From: Rhizophagus irregularis | Taxonomy: Eukaryota | Direction of reading: 5' to 3' | NCBI RefSeq assembly: GCF_026210795.1 | Contig: NC_089429.1 | Coordinates: 3,348,001-3,412,000 of the forward strand | Length of the DNA: 64,000 bases | Shown here: piece after piece, positions 12,528-26,989 of the stretch | Layout of the letters: every line of letters starts with the position of its first letter | Numbering within the stretch: position 1 is the first letter of the stretch | The notes under the pieces: generated by a model | What the model saw: the letters and a program-made list of their open reading frames with translations, nothing else | Told to the model about the DNA's origin: nothing | The model's database searches: none | Translations under genes and position numbers: made by a program

Positions 12528-13112
12528 TTAGGAAGCGCAGTCCTTGCACAACTTGTCCGTTAAGTCACTTGGGCTCACAGGCATGAGACATTCCCTACAC
12601 AACTCAATATTAAGCTCTGCAAGTCTCGGGGCATGGTCCTCCAAAGTTCGTGGACGACCGGAAGGACCGGAGGAAGGTGTCCCGTTAGTCGTATCTTGCT
12701 GTAAGATAAAATCATCATATTCATCTTGGTCAGCCTGAATAGCGGCCCTGATTTGTTGTATATCATTAAAAGTTAACCGCTGGCCATCAAGATTTTCCTC
12801 ATTATAGCGCGTTTCATTGATGATTTCCTCTATAAGCTCCTCCTCTTCAGAATGAACAAGGTAGTAGTCCTCAACTACCTCGTAGTCACTCTCAACCAGT
12901 CTATGATACGTTCTAGTACCGTGTTGAATATAGCGTCCTGTATCTGTATTTAAATATACAGGTTGTTCCTGGGGTGGAGGCGGTACGGTTTGTCTACGGA
13001 CAAGCCTTCCATCGATATAATCATGGGATTCCATAACTATTCGATTAAAGGTATCTCCACCAACACGGATTGGACGTCCGATTATAGGATTAGTTATATA
13101 AGGGTATGACAT
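12528..13112 (-). CDS. Protein with two NPxTGRxI-type repeats (2-cysteine-adaptor-like) and a C-terminal C4 zinc motif
   Basis: TNPIIGRPIRVGGDTFNRI and LNTDTGRYIQHGTRTYHRL; CRECL...LCKDC; AATTGAAGAT upstream. Confidence 0.65.
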   Translation of the reverse strand: MSYPYITNPIIGRPIRVGGDTFNRIVMESHDYIDGRLVRRQTVPPPPQEQPVYLNTDTGRYIQHGTRTYHRLVESDYEVVEDYYLVHSEEEELIEEIINETRYNEENLDGQRLTFNDIQQIRAAIQADQDEYDDFILQQDTTNGTPSSGPSGRPRTLEDHAPRLAELNIELCRECLMPVSPSDLTDKLCKDCAS

Positions 13113-13463
13113 GTCTTTTTTCTGTACGTGTCTACATACCTAATTGTTATCTTCAATTTACAATAACCAAGTGACATCGTCATCAGTCCTTGTCAAGGCA
13201 AATATGGCATAGTAGCCTTTATCTTTATTAAATTTATTCAACGAACTTACAAAAATAAAATAAAATTTTCAAAGTACAAAAAAGAAAAATAAAATTAACT
13301 AAAAACAAAACTATATAGTCTCCAAAACAGTAATAAAGCTATAAAATTAATCTGAAAAAGAAAAATCGCATAAAACTAAAACTATCCTGATCCCCCGCCA
13401 AGATATATTCCAACCTAAGAAGAAGCAACTATGCAAACAAACTAACGAACAATGCGCCCATTA

Positions 13464-14668
13464 TTAAAATCGGCACACCACCCTGCTAAAGCTGTTAGTA
13501 AGTTGCACCGTTAGACGACCCATAAAACCCGAATAGTGATTAAACCAAGGCAAACCATATTTCATCGAGTTCTTTAAATAATCAACGTCGGAGTCACGTG
13601 CGGCGTCGGAAAGGGTCGGAGGAGGTAAAGTTGAGAAAGGTAAGTACGTAGACTTTGGCAAATTTGAAGGCCGAGAAAGTTTGAGTTTATGAGTAATATT
13701 CATCGCGTCTTCCCATTTAGATTTATCATAGGAGCGCGGGAGCCAAATTCGTTTTCTAATCTTTTGGATAAAGTGATTGTGGATAGCAGAGATAACCTTC
13801 ATCGCAGAGTTACGTGGAATAGAAAGTTCTTCAAACAATTTGACAAAGGATTTCGGAAGGCAGCCACGGACAAGGCTATATGAAGTCCAATTTGAAGAAA
13901 AAAAGGACCAACAAGGAAGAGATTTAAATTTGTTAATAATTAAAAAGGGATCTTTCTTAACAAGATCACCAGCTTCTTGAAGTTTGTTGATAAAATGATG
14001 TTGGTAGGAGAGGAGAATCTGTTCCATAGCGATTCGTCTACATTTGCACATAAACAAGTGCATAAAATCTTCCTTGGAGTCGAGGCACGAACGACACAAT
14101 AAGATGTCAATATACAAGTCCGGGCGAATTCTTTTAAGATGTTCCAAGGTAGGCAAATCTTCCAAAAAGAGTTTGAATTTGAAGGTGCGATGAAAGGAAG
14201 CATGAGCACGAGTAAATGAAGCATCATGCTGAGGTTCGGAGTTTAGCAAGAACCAGGTAAGATCCCAATCAATCACGAAATCTGAGATAGAGGATAAAGC
14301 AATGGTAAAGTTAAAACGCGATAAACGCGTTAATCTATGCATCCACAGCATTTGCGAATATTGCTTAAATAGGCGTCGTGGGTTGGATTCGCATAAAATA
14401 TCATCATATTTTAATAAGAAATCGTGAGGAGATACTTGATCCAGATCAGAAAGAAGAATTGCTGAAGAAGAAATATGCGCAGAGTTGGCCAGAGAGTCCG
14501 CGTAGTCATTATAGAAATTACCAGAGTGACCTTTCACTTTAACAGCCGTGACGGATAAAGATTTGGAGGAAATGAGACGTTCAATAATAGCCCAGAGTTC
14601 AAAATTGGTGGTCTTGTAATAAAGCCTGCTATTGGAATAGGAAAAGGTAGCACATAGACGAAGACCAT
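13464..14668 (-). pseudogene. LINE ORF2, 3' part: end of RNase H and C-terminal CCHC zinc motif
   Basis: KVKGHSGNFYNDYADSLA and CRSCLDSKEDFMHLFMC. Removing the CACTA and one CAT restores the frame (SAIDGLRLCATF). Confidence 0.9.
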
Positions 14669-14869
14669 CCCTATAAAAAATATGGATACTGTTAACATAC
14701 GGTATTACCGTATTTTGCGAACAGTATCATTACAGTATCATTAAAGTATTTTAACAGTATTTTCACATACGATATACATTCGGTATTTTGCACACCGTAT
14801 TATATACACGGTATTTTTAAATAGTGAAGATTTGTATACTTTATACTTATATACAGTATTATATCTCGG

Positions 14870-15670
14870 TTTATAACGTATGTGATTATTTGCGAACAGC
14901 ATGGTATTCCAGTTTATAACGTACGTTTTATACTTGTTGTTATTTGCGAACAGTATTATACCTCAGCTTATAACGTATGTTTTATACTGGTGGTTATTTG
15001 CGAACAGCATGATGCCTCAGTTTATAGCGTATGTTTTACACTGGTGGTTATTTGCGAACAGTATTATGCCTCAGTTTATAACGTACGTTTTATACTTGTT
15101 GTTATTTGCGAACAGCATGATGCCTCAGTTTATAACGTACGTTTTATACTTGTTGTTATTTGCGAACAGCATGATGCCTCAGTTTATAGCGTATGTTTTA
15201 TACTTGTTATTATTTGCGAACAGTATTATACTTCAGCTTATAACGTATGTTTTATACTGGTGGTTATTTACGAACAGCATGATGCCTCAGTTTATAGCGT
15301 ATGTTTTATACTTGTTATTATTTGCGAACAGCATGATGCCTCAGTTTATAACGTATGTTTTATACTTGTTGTTATTTGCGAATAACGTATGTTTTACACT
15401 GGTGGTTATTTGCGAACAGCATGATGCCTCAGTTTATAGCGTATGTTTTATACTTGTTATTATTTGCGAACAGTATTATACCTCAGCTTATAACGTATGT
15501 TTCATACTGGTGGTTATTTGCGAACAGCATGATGCCTCAGTTTATAACGTATGTTTTATACTTGTTGTTATTTGCGAATAACGTATGTTTTACACTGGTG
15601 GTTATTTGCGAACAGTATTATGTCTCAGTGTACAACGTATGTTTTATACTGGTGGTTATTTGCTAACAGC
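14870..15670. repeat. 54-bp tandem subterminal repeat array
   Basis: Unit TTATAACGTATGTTTTATACTTGTTGTTATTTGCGAACAGCATGATGCCTCAGT; gives spurious 18-aa-repeat ORFs. Confidence 0.9.
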
Positions 15671-16734
15671 ATAATATACGCATATTTTATCATATTTGCA
15701 AGTATTATTACTACGGTATTTTTATATATAATATTTATATATTTAACATGAAAATTTGTCCTTATAATTATTAAATTTTATTATTAAATTAAAAATACTA
15801 TAATCAGATATAGAAAAGTTAGAAGGTACAATTTTAATAGTGATAAAAAAGATAAAAAAATAAAATTAGTAGTAATAAAAAATTAATAAAAGATGAAATT
15901 AGTAGTAATAAAAAGATGTAGTTAGTAGTAATTAAAGATGAATTAGTAGTAACAAAAGAATGAAATTATTAAAGATTAGATTAGTAGCGATAAAATTAGT
16001 AGCAATAAAAAGGAGATACAATTAGTAGTAATAAAAAGATAAAATTAGTAAAATAAAATTAGTAATGATTAAAAGAAGACAAAACTAGTAGTAATAAAAG
16101 AAAAGGATAAATAAAGACAAAAAAAAGAAAAGAAAATAAATGACTGTACCTACTTTATTAAGTATATAAACATGTCTATATTAGAAAAGTTCAAGAAGTC
16201 AAAATAAATAATTAGTAATAACTGAAAGTTAACCAATATAAAAAACTATTATAACTTCACAATTCTTCTTAAATAATAAAAATAAAACAAATAAATGTAA
16301 TATCTGAAATAATAATAACTTGAGTAAAAAAGCAATGATAAAAAGAAACAAATAAATGTAATATCTGAGATAATAATAACTTGAGTAAAAAAGTAAAAAC
16401 AAAATAAAAGAAAGAGTTTGTATTTTTCAAACTTATATTATTCACGTTACAAAAACAAATGATCTGCAATCATCTATTGGCTAATTTTCACGTGGTAATC
16501 AACACTGATCAGCCAATAATTTTGTTCTTACATTATAGATTTAATTAACCCGGAAAAAGACGGTAAATAGCCTATAGTCCTATACAATAATCTATACAAT
16601 AACCACAAATGTGCATAATTTGATCAGAAATATGATTAAAAAGTTCTAAGTCCGATAATTACGATTGTTAAGATACCGCTCAACTTTAACAGTTTAACTT
16701 TTTAACTGTATAGTTGAAAGCATGATCGATAAAT

Positions 16735-17565
16735 TAAACAATGACAAGAAAAGTTCGCGAATTTTCCTTGGTACTGCTTAATTTTTTTAATTTTTAAGCA
16801 GTATCAAGAAAATTCGCGAACTTTTCTTGTCATTGTTTAATCGATTGCTTTGAAAAAAACAATGGTATACTTTGAACAATCCAAGAAAAGTTCGCGCGAA
16901 TTTTTCTTGCCATTGTTTAATCAATTGCTTTAAAAAAAAAAACAATGGTATACTTTGAATAATAGCAAGAAGAAAAGTTCGAGCGAATTTTTCTTGCCAT
17001 TGTTTAATCGATTGCTTTAAATAAACAATGATATACTTCGAATAATAGCAAGAAAAGTTCGCGCGAATTTTACTTGCTATTGTTTAATCAATTGCTTTAA
17101 AAAAAACAATGGTATGCTTCGAACAATAGCAAGAAAAGTTCGAGCGAATTTTTCTTGCCATTGTTTAATCAATTGCTTTAAAAAAACAATGATATACTTT
17201 GAACAATAGCAAGAAAAGTTCGCGCGAATTTTTCTTGTCATTGTTTAATCGATTGCTTTAAAAAAAAACAATGGTATGCTTCGAACAATAGCAAGAAAAG
17301 TTCGAGAGAATTTTTCTTGCCATTGTTTAATCAATTGCTTTAAAAAAAAACAATGGTATGCTTTGAACAATAGCAAGAAAAGTTCGCGCGAATTTTTCTT
17401 GCCATTGTTTAATCAATTGCTTTAAAAAAAAAATGCTACTTTGAACAATGGCAAGAAAAGTTCGTGCGAACTTTTCTTGCCATTGTTTAATCAATTACTT
17501 TAAAAAAAACAATGATATACTTTGAACAATGGCAAGAAAAGTTCGCGCGAATTTTTCTTGATACC
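16735..17565. repeat. ~81-bp palindrome-containing tandem array 1
   Basis: Unit core AACAATGGCAAGAAAAGTTCGCGCGAATTTTTCTTGCCATTGTT is an inverted repeat. Confidence 0.9.
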
Positions 17566-18148
17566 GCTTAATCTTTAAATTAAAACCTTAGTAAATTACT
17601 TTACAGAAATTTCAGTTAGAGTTACGGTCGATATAAAATCAATGTCGATTCTATATTGATCAGACGTCACCATGATGTCGTGATGAAAATCGATTCGACA
17701 TCTTTAAGTTGAACTTAAATACGTTGATTCGATGTCTATTCGTTTACTAATCGTAGTGATATCGATTCGACATCGAATAACTACGATTAGTAAACGAATA
17801 GACATCGAATAATAACATCGCACTTACATTGTTTCAATATTAAGTTAATGTCGAAAAATGTTTATTTTTCCCGCCTTGTGTACATTAAGTAAACATCGAA
17901 ATGACATCGAACAGGTGTCTATTTGACGTCACACAAACATTATGCGAATCGAGATGACATCGGACGAGCGTTGATTCGACGTCAATCAAACATTCGACAT
18001 CAGGACACGATGGCTTAGTGTATTTTATTCTAAAAGAAATAAAACGAAAAAAAAACCTAAAAGGAAGTTTATTGAGACTTTTTTACTCATTTCATATATA
18101 CCAGCATTGTATGTAATGTGATTTTCATTTATTAATTAAGGTTTAATA

Positions 18149-20205
18149 CTAGTTATTATTACTATTATAATACACGGAATTACTATTATAATACATGGAA
18201 TTATCTGGTGTACTGACAGTAGTACTTTGACTAGTATTACGAGGTGGGTTTTCTAATAACGCCTGCGTTATTAAACTTTTATTTACAATCATAACGTTCC
18301 TTAGGTTCAATAAAACACGTATAAGGGATTTAGTGTTTGTTAAATGTGGCGATATTGGGATTTCAGCATGATCAAGATGGAAATATCGCGGTATACCACC
18401 TAGATCCTTTACCAAAACATTTAATCGCATATCTAAACCAGCAATTTGAATACCAACAACTCCAAATTCATTACCGGCCGGTCTACATAATGCGTTTATA
18501 GCACTTGTCCCGTCTATCATTTCTCTCCACAATTTTACATCATAATCATCTTTTTTTTTTTCGCTACATGTAATGCGAGAGCTTTCAACATAAATCAACT
18601 CGATATCATTTGTGTCTTGCTTCATTATTCCCATAATATCGGGTTTTTTACCGATTCGTTCTCTATCGATCCCTTTATTTTTTCGAATCTTGCTTGCAAT
18701 ACTCTGACGTTCTGCACTGAAATTTGATAAAAATACACACTAAGTATCTGAGCCATGGTTAAAATAGTAATCACGTGACTACTTACATGCTTGTACAGAT
18801 ATAACCATTTGGTAGGTTCGCCAGGCTTGCACGAAGTAAAGGGACTATAACATCGGTAATATAAGTTCCTTCGCTCTGTTTATTACGGGAAGTACTTGTC
18901 GCATAAATTGGACTACTCCATATTTCGCCACTAGGTAAAATAAATATCGGAAAATGTTATCATACAATTACTATTTATATAATGAAGTTATTATTGAAAA
19001 ACTTACAGTACATCTAAAATTCGACCTGTTATTTTTAATAGATCAGAATCATCTTCTTTCCATTTATTATCGTGTTTGGCATTTTCCACGATTTTATGAG
19101 TAGACAATACTTCAAAATTTTCTAAGAAATCCTCACATTTTTTTACAACTAATTTGGGGGGAGTACATTTCATTTTATTGCATGGTTCCTGTTGTTATAA
19201 TGAAAAAGAATGAGTATGAATGCAATTCATCCAATAACACTAAATTGCTTCTCACCATAAAGATTGGTTTTAATTTGCGATGTAATCCTGTTACTATATA
19301 CGAGTTATCGCTTAGAACCATGTTTGCTACAGGATCTCGCCACGTAAGATCTGAAAGAACGATATTCTCAACTGTTTTCTTAAGGGCGCTATAGAGAGGC
19401 CCATCATCATCACCCAAAGGATGCTATATAGAGAATACCTTTATAAGTATTGGTACGTATGATTATAAAAAATAGAAAAACACATACTTTAAGCTTTTCA
19501 TTTAACATCTCAATATTTTTCTTTATTTCTTCCTCCGTAGTATCTGGCGTTGATTCCTTATTCTGAAATTATGATTGATTAGATCGTGATAAGATTTTCC
19601 AATCCATATATATATATATATTAAGAAATACTGTACCGTATCCAACACCTTGATCTTATTTAATCCTAATATGCTTTTATATCCGCTTTTCATCTACGAC
19701 AGTTAATTAGCAAATATCGATATAATATAAGTTAGTGACCACATTAATTTTATGAATATTAAATTTTGCTGCACGTGCACAATCATGTAATAGCTAAGAT
19801 AGTCACGCACAGCTAGAGGAGAGCAGAAACCCTCGACATCTAAAGGATTTGTTCCTAACAACATCGCTCTTCTGGGCCGGCATCCCCCAACCTTCAGCAG
19901 TGACAACCAAAACTACTATAACACATTACACTGCCGTAAATTCATCAGTTTGCACAATAACGAATATTAATGCGCCTATTATTACTAACCTCCGTTAAAA
20001 CCTCCATCACACTTTCTTTTCGTTGGAAATCTCTTATTCTTTTTAACGATGATTTAACCGCACTTTCTACTATTTTTATAACTTCTTCATATGGAAGTAA
20101 GTCATTTCTGTTCATTGTCTGGTATATAACGGTAGCAGAACATATAGCATCAAGAGGTCCTTCTAGTAAAAGTTTTTCAACCTTAGCTGTTACTAAACAT
20201 GACAT
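18149..20205 (-). CDS. Multi-exon hypothetical protein, possible C-terminal PD-(D/E)xK-like domain (CACTA cargo)
   Basis: Coding segments separated by GT-AG introns. Last exon reads GKKPDIMG...IELIYVESS...KLWREMIDG. Exon boundaries not fully resolved. Confidence 0.5.
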
Positions 20206-20899
20206 TATAAAAACTATTAGAGAAAAACGTATTGATATATAAGATATACAATATGAATACAGTAAACAATTAAAAGTCACCGAAGCTCCTTTTACTGCTC
20301 TTTTAAATGATATGTTGGGTCGAGCATAATGATATGTTGGGTCGAAACATAAGAATATGCATAAGAATATGCCTTTTACTGCTCTTTTAAATGATATGTT
20401 GGAGCATAGCAACGCCAGAAGTTGGGGGTGATGCATGTAAGCAAATGGCTATTTTTGTTTCACAGCGCCTATATGCATTGTGGCGGAGTGGAGTGAATTG
20501 ATTGATTGATTTGCTGATCGGGTTACACCAACAATAAAACATGTGATCAAAAATGCCGAGTATAAAGAACGTTAGAGCTGATTCGAAACGTAATAGTAAA
20601 ATTTTCACAAAAATATATAGTTTTATTAAATCATTACAATAGATAGAATGTTTTTATGTTTCAAGGACGAGGCGACCTTGCATTATGCAAAAGAGAAGAT
20701 AGAAAAGAGAGAAACGAACGAAAATAACGATTGTACGATTGTACAATTCATAAATTCAAAAATTACTCGAAGGTATTCAATATAAAATAAAGTGAAATAA
20801 GGGTACAATCAATCGAGAAACTAGAGAAGAAATAGCAGATGTGGAAAATGAAACGAATACGGACATTATGGAGTTAAAAGGATTTTATTTCTTTTCAAT

Positions 20900-22820
20900 C
20901 GCAATATTGCGCTAACAGTATCGACAATATCATGAAAAAAGGTCGTTTTTTCAACTTTAATCTTCAAAACAGCGACAATCCAAATGTCCGGAAAAGACAA
21001 CAAGCACGATTTGAACGCAAATGTAGGCAAGTTTTTCATAAGTCTGATCTTACAGCTGACGCCTCACTTGAAGATAAACTTTTAGCGTCAAAAAGAAAAG
21101 GTTTCCTATTTCAACAATCACAAAATTTCAGAAAGCCGATTATGCATTTGAAATATAAGAAGAAATTTCAGGTTCCACTACAGCGTTACTATACTTTTCA
21201 GCTACCGTTCCTTGAATCCTCAACACTACCCGAAGTGCAACGAGAAGTACTACTATATTGCTAAATACTTCGATTCAAATGTCCATGGATCTATATTTGA
21301 TCCGTCTTATGAGATAACAAAATGGCATCATCATCGATCGAGGACAACATTATTAAATCTCCAACGGACGACAATAATTCAACACCTGTCGTCAATACTT
21401 CAGTTGCTTTTGCTGATCCCTCTGGTTCTTCTTCATCTAATACTACTTCGAAAGATGGTCAATTTCCCCTCCATCTTATCCCATTTATCCCTGATGAACC
21501 TATCTACAAGGGTGGTCTTACATATTCTAAATTATCTAAGAAAGATAAGAAAAATCTTCAACCGTTGAAAGTTGGTAGCAAACAGTAGATTATTGAAATT
21601 GAGGCCATTAAAGCCGCCACGACCAAGAAATCTAAAAAAAATCGGATAAAGCTAATACGGTTTCTAATCCCGTTCCTATCCGTTTGTTCCCGAAGAGCCC
21701 ATGTATAAGGATGGCAAGCTACATTCTTCGTTATCTCATAATGAAAAGAAAACCCTTCGACCCTTACAAGACAAGTGGGTAGTAAACAGTGGGTAGTAAA
21801 CAGTGGATTGCTGCAATAAGAGCTATAAAGCTACACGAGATCGCGAAACTCAACTTGCGACACGCATCGATGATTTGAAAGTTCAATGGGAAGACTACTA
21901 CTGAAATCGCTCTCTATCGCGATAATTTGACTATCGCTCTTACTCATTATCAAAACGTTTGTTATGATTATCACACATACTTGAGACGACAACATTCTCC
22001 TATTGCATCATCTTCCTTACCTCCGACAAAAGGAAAAAAGAAACAAAAAGGTCGCGCTACCGACCCCTGATTTCAATATCAAACAGTTACAAATTTTAGA
22101 AGAAACAATGGACGAAAGCGGTCTCCATCTTGCTCTCACAGTACGGCATAATAAACTATATGAACCGGAATATGTTACTCATCAGGCGCCTCGTCAACTT
22201 AAACGGTCAGCCACTAGGAATTTTAATTCGGACTTGCATTACAATCTCCATATGAGGAAAAGGTTTCATCATTTTACTGAAGATTCAGCCTTGGTTACTA
22301 ATTTTTGTTCGAACTAATAATTTCATTTTATTAGATGCTCTCCCTCTTTTTTATATTTATAGATATATTGGTCCTCTTTTTTCACCACTTTATAGTATTG
22401 AAATTTTTCGTATTTTTATATATATAGTATTATAGTTATATAATAACTTAGGTTTTTCTTTTTTTTCACTATTATGCGATTTGTTCTCTTTTTGTTTTTA
22501 CAAATTTAACAACTTAAAATAGCGTTAACCACTCCACCTTTTACAGTATTCACAGGTGGCAACCTTATCTTATGGGTTGAAAGGAAAATACGGGTCTGCA
22601 CTTGTTGTTCGATTGTTTATTTGTGCGTTTTATTACTTTTATTACCTATTCTACTTCGGTTGGGTTTTAGAATAGTTTTTATATAGTTCTAGTCAGGGCT
22701 CGATTTATTGGGCGACGATTCTACATTGTGTGTTTTTATAATTTATTAGCTTAAAATTATCAATGTATTCTCCTGGCTTACCTTAAAATCCTTAAAATAA
22801 AATAAAATAAAATAAACAAA
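20900..22820 (+). pseudogene. Degenerate ORF with T-rich 3' UTR and (TAAAA)n tail; possible non-autonomous retroelement or retrocopy
   Basis: Fragmented intron-less ORFs at 20932-22317, followed by AAAATAAAATAAAATAAAATAAA at ~22795. Confidence 0.35.
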
Positions 22821-23164
22821 TTCTATATCACGTCATTTATATAAATTACCATTTATCACCATAATCAGATGGTGATGAATAACTATTTGTCACTATAAAA
22901 TTTCAACTATAGCAATGTATTTTATTATATATTAATAAAGAAATTATCTAACTGTTAAAATACAATGATTTTATTACATAATCCCATAAACCAAACATCT
23001 TGACCCTAATCCTAACGTAATTATAATTCAACGTACTGTCCCTAAACGCAATTATAATGCCAACGCACACTGACCTTAACTATAACACAATAGATTTTTC
23101 CAAAAAAAAAATCGCCCGACAAAACCCAGTTGAAATTATTAGAATTATAAAAAAAAAAGGATCT

Positions 23165-24358
23165 CTAATAGATAGAGATATTCAAAAAACCAAAAAAAAA
23201 CGAAAATAGAAGAAAAAAAAATGAAATCGCTAGTCGAATCATCATTTCATCATTATCACCGTCGTCATCTTCGTTGAAGTAGTATCTCGGAGAACCAGTA
23301 TCATCATGATCGCTCGCTTGAATCGATTTATATATTCTCTGAAGCTTATATTCCCTTAAATAATTCTCTTCAATTTTTTTATAATTATAAATTGTTTGTC
23401 CCTCTTCTTTGGTCATAATGAGTCCAGTCTCAATGAGTTTGAGCCAAACTTCATACGCGGCATTACTTGTTGTAGATTTGAAAAAATTTATGTCTAAATT
23501 TGGAAAAGCGTCAATAATTCCCCATTCACGATTTGAAAGACTAATTAACTTTTCAATTCTCTTTCCTGTTTTTATAAAAATTGATATATCTTGAGTTTTA
23601 AATTTGCTAGAACTGCTATATTCAATTATTTTTTTATTCGTTTGATTTTTAATCGTCTCTCCCCTAGCTCTAGTCTTATATAAATTACAATAAACCTCTA
23701 TTTTTTGATATATCATAAGAAAATTTACATATCCCCTAAACTTTCTTCTTCTTCTTATTTCCGTTTCGATATGCTCTTCAAGAATCTTGTCATAAACTTT
23801 TATTAAATGATTAACTAACGTTTTTATAGTATTTTCTTTTATAATATCAAAATCTGAATCAAGCTTTAAGAGGTTTGTTTCTGAAATGATTTCAGGAAAA
23901 TTTAGTTCATTCTGAAAATCAATTACTACTTTCTCTCCTTCCTCCTCTGAATAATAAACTTTTAAAAAATCCTTGTTATTTTGATTCTCAATTTCAGCTT
24001 CAAACTCCTCCTTTGTTAAAGTACTTAACTTTTCTAACAACTTTTTAATATACAATTTAACGTCAATATTGTTTGGATTCATTGTAGGAGGAATAGTTGG
24101 TAGATTATCAAAATATAATAGGAGTTTGTGTAGATTTTTTGCCATTTCGATTGCCGGCGCGGTTAAGAATGATCTTAAATCAGTGGTTCTTGCTGTTGAT
24201 GAACTTACTGAACTAGATCCCGGGGCTACATTTGCTGCTGGTAAAATTGTATTTTCTTCTTTATTGAAAAGTATTTTAAAAATTCCGAATTCTTTACTAT
24301 CTAAAATTGCTTCTTGGTTTGATGATATATTAAGAGAATTTATACCAAGGCTTTCCAT
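23165..24358 (-). CDS. Hypothetical protein (CACTA cargo); may have upstream exons
   Basis: 397-aa ORF in very AT-rich DNA; no recognised domain. Confidence 0.55.
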   Translation of the reverse strand: MESLGINSLNISSNQEAILDSKEFGIFKILFNKEENTILPAANVAPGSSSVSSSTARTTDLRSFLTAPAIEMAKNLHKLLLYFDNLPTIPPTMNPNNIDVKLYIKKLLEKLSTLTKEEFEAEIENQNNKDFLKVYYSEEEGEKVVIDFQNELNFPEIISETNLLKLDSDFDIIKENTIKTLVNHLIKVYDKILEEHIETEIRRRRKFRGYVNFLMIYQKIEVYCNLYKTRARGETIKNQTNKKIIEYSSSSKFKTQDISIFIKTGKRIEKLISLSNREWGIIDAFPNLDINFFKSTTSNAAYEVWLKLIETGLIMTKEEGQTIYNYKKIEENYLREYKLQRIYKSIQASDHDDTGSPRYYFNEDDDGDNDEMMIRLAISFFFLLFSFFFGFLNISIY

Positions 24359-24594
24359 ATTTTTATTTATATCTACAACAAATTTTACAATGTTCGATTC
24401 TAGAATTGAAACAGAAATAAACGTTTATTCTTATTAAAAATTTTATTTAATAATTATAAAAATTATATATATGATTCTACATACTATTTTGGCTTGATGT
24501 TACTTCTTGAACATTCACCTCTTGATGTTGACTTGTTGCTACTTCTTGATCAACTTCTTGATTAACATTCATCATTTGTAAGTAAGAATGTTCG

Positions 24595-24950
24595 GAAGAA
24601 AATTTATGAAAGAGGAAAATTTATTTATGAAAGAGAAAAATTTATGAAAAAGGAAAATTTATTTATGAAAGAGGAAAATTTATGAAGGGGAAAATTTATG
24701 AAAGGGGAAAATTTATGATAGAGGAAAATTTATATTTATGATAGAGGAAAATTTATGATTATGATAGAGGAAAATTTATGATTATGATGGAGGAAAATTT
24801 ATGAACGAGGGAAATTTATGATTATGATAGAGGAAAATTTATGATTATGATAGAGGAAAATTTATGATTATGATAGAGGAAAATTTATGATTATGATGGA
24901 GGAAAATTTTATGATAGAGGAAAATTTATGAAAAATTATGAAAAAAGAAA
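24595..24950. repeat. Minisatellite (ATGATAGAGGAAAATTTATG-type)
   Basis: Visible tandem 17-23-bp units. Confidence 0.85.
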
Positions 24951-25549
24951 ATTATTTAATTATTTCCAGGAAGACAGTTTAAATAGCAAAAGAATGTATT
25001 GTATTGAGCGTATGTATTGTTCGAAAGTTGTTATTAATTTTTAATGGCACAAAGAATATATATATACATAATTTGTTTAAATCATGATGTAATAGGTTTC
25101 CTTTTAAGCATCTCCGTTTCTGGGGCAGTTTTTAAGCAGCCCCAAATTAATGGCACAAAAGAAGCAGCCCCGTTTTCTGGGCGCGGTTTTTAAGCAGCCC
25201 CAAATTAATGGCACAAAAGAAGCAGCCCCGTTTTCTGGGCGCGGTTTTTAAGCAGCCCCGTTTTCTGGGCACGGTTTCTAATTCCCCGATCCTACTGTAA
25301 ACTGTATGTATAAATAAATTTCAAAAATAAATTTCACGTGATCATATAGAACCGCGGTATCTTTGGCTTACAGTAATTGGCATAACATTTGTTCTGGGTA
25401 TTGATTGCAGATATTACGGAGTTTAAAGTTCATATATCAGATATTCGCAATTCCGCAATAATGCAATTAATTGTGGTATCACAGTACTGCAGATTAATTG
25501 CGCTTTGGCTATATTTCGTTTTAAAGGGCTTCGGTTTTTGCAAAAAATA

Positions 25550-26590
25550 TACTTTGAACAATGGCAAGAAAAATTCGAGCGAATTTTTCTTGCCATTGTT
25601 TAATCAATTGCTTTAAAAAAAACAATGCTATACTTCGAACAATAGCAAGAAAAGTTCGAGCCGCGAACTTTTCTTGCCATTGTTTAATCAATTGCTTTAA
25701 AAAAAAAATGCTACTTTGAAAAATGGCAAGAAAAGTTCGAGCGAATTTTTCTTGCCATTGTTTAATCAATTGCTTTAAAAAAAACAATAATAGACTTGAG
25801 TTAAACAATGGCAAGAAATGTTCGAGCGAATTTTTCTTGCCATTGTTTAATCAATTACTTTGAAAAAAAACAATGGTATACTTTGAACAATAGCAAGAAA
25901 AGTTCGAGCGAATTTTTCTTACCATTGTTTAATCAATTGCTTTAAATAAACAATGATATACTTTGAACAATAGCAAGAAAAGTTCGCGCGAATTTTTCTT
26001 GCCATTATTTAATCAATTGCTTTTAAAAAAAAACAATGATATACTTTGAACAATAGCAAGAAAAGTTCGAGCGAATTTTTCTTTCCATTGTTTAATTAAT
26101 TGCTTTAAAAAAAACAATAATAGACTTGAGTTAAACAATGGCAAGAAATATTCGAACTAATTTTTCTTGCCATTGTTTAATCAATTACTTTGAAAAAAAA
26201 CAATGGTATACTTTGAACAATAGCAAGAAAAGTTCGAGCGAATTTTTCTTACCATTGTTTAATCAATTGCTTTAAATAAACAATGATATACTTTGAACAA
26301 TAGCAAGAAAAGTTCGCGCGAATTTTTCTTGCCATTATTTAATCAATTGCTTTTAAAAAAAAACAATGATATACTTTGAACAATAGCAAGAAAGTTCGAG
26401 CGAATTTTTCTTGCCATTGTTTAATCAATTGCTTTAAAAAAAACAATGGTATACTTCGAACAATGGCAAGAAAAGTTCGAGCGAATTTTTCTTGATACTG
26501 CTTAATTTTTAAATTAAAACATTAGTACTAAATTAGCTAATTAGAATTAAGCAGTATCAAGAAAAATTCGCGAGAATATTCCTTGATACT
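25550..26590. repeat. ~81-bp palindrome-containing tandem array 2
   Basis: Same unit and orientation as 16735-17565. Confidence 0.9.
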
Positions 26591-26989
26591 GCTTAATCTT
26601 TAAATTAAAATCTTAATACTAATTTATTAAATTTGATTTATAATTGAGCTTTAAAAATTAAACAGTATAACAGTATTATCAATCGGACTTTGAACTTAAA
26701 AATTAAACAGTATTAATGAAAATTCTTGTGAATTTTTCTTTACATCAGTAAATTTTTGGGTAGTGCATACTAGTGTCGAAGTATACATTATAAACATATG
26801 GGTTTAAAATGTAGTATTTAATATAAAGTTCATAAAGTTGTAAAATTTATAATAAAAATAATATAAAAAAATACCGTATCTATAGAAAATACGCTATAAC
26901 GTATGAAATTTTTTATAGAGGCTGGTGATTATTTGCGAACATTACAAATTTAAAACATTTTTTATTTTAGTTTATAAAAAAAAGTAAAT

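Noticed and set aside
14882..15751. ORFs with 18-aa repeats
   Set aside because: They are translations of the 54-bp subterminal DNA repeat and are open in two frames.
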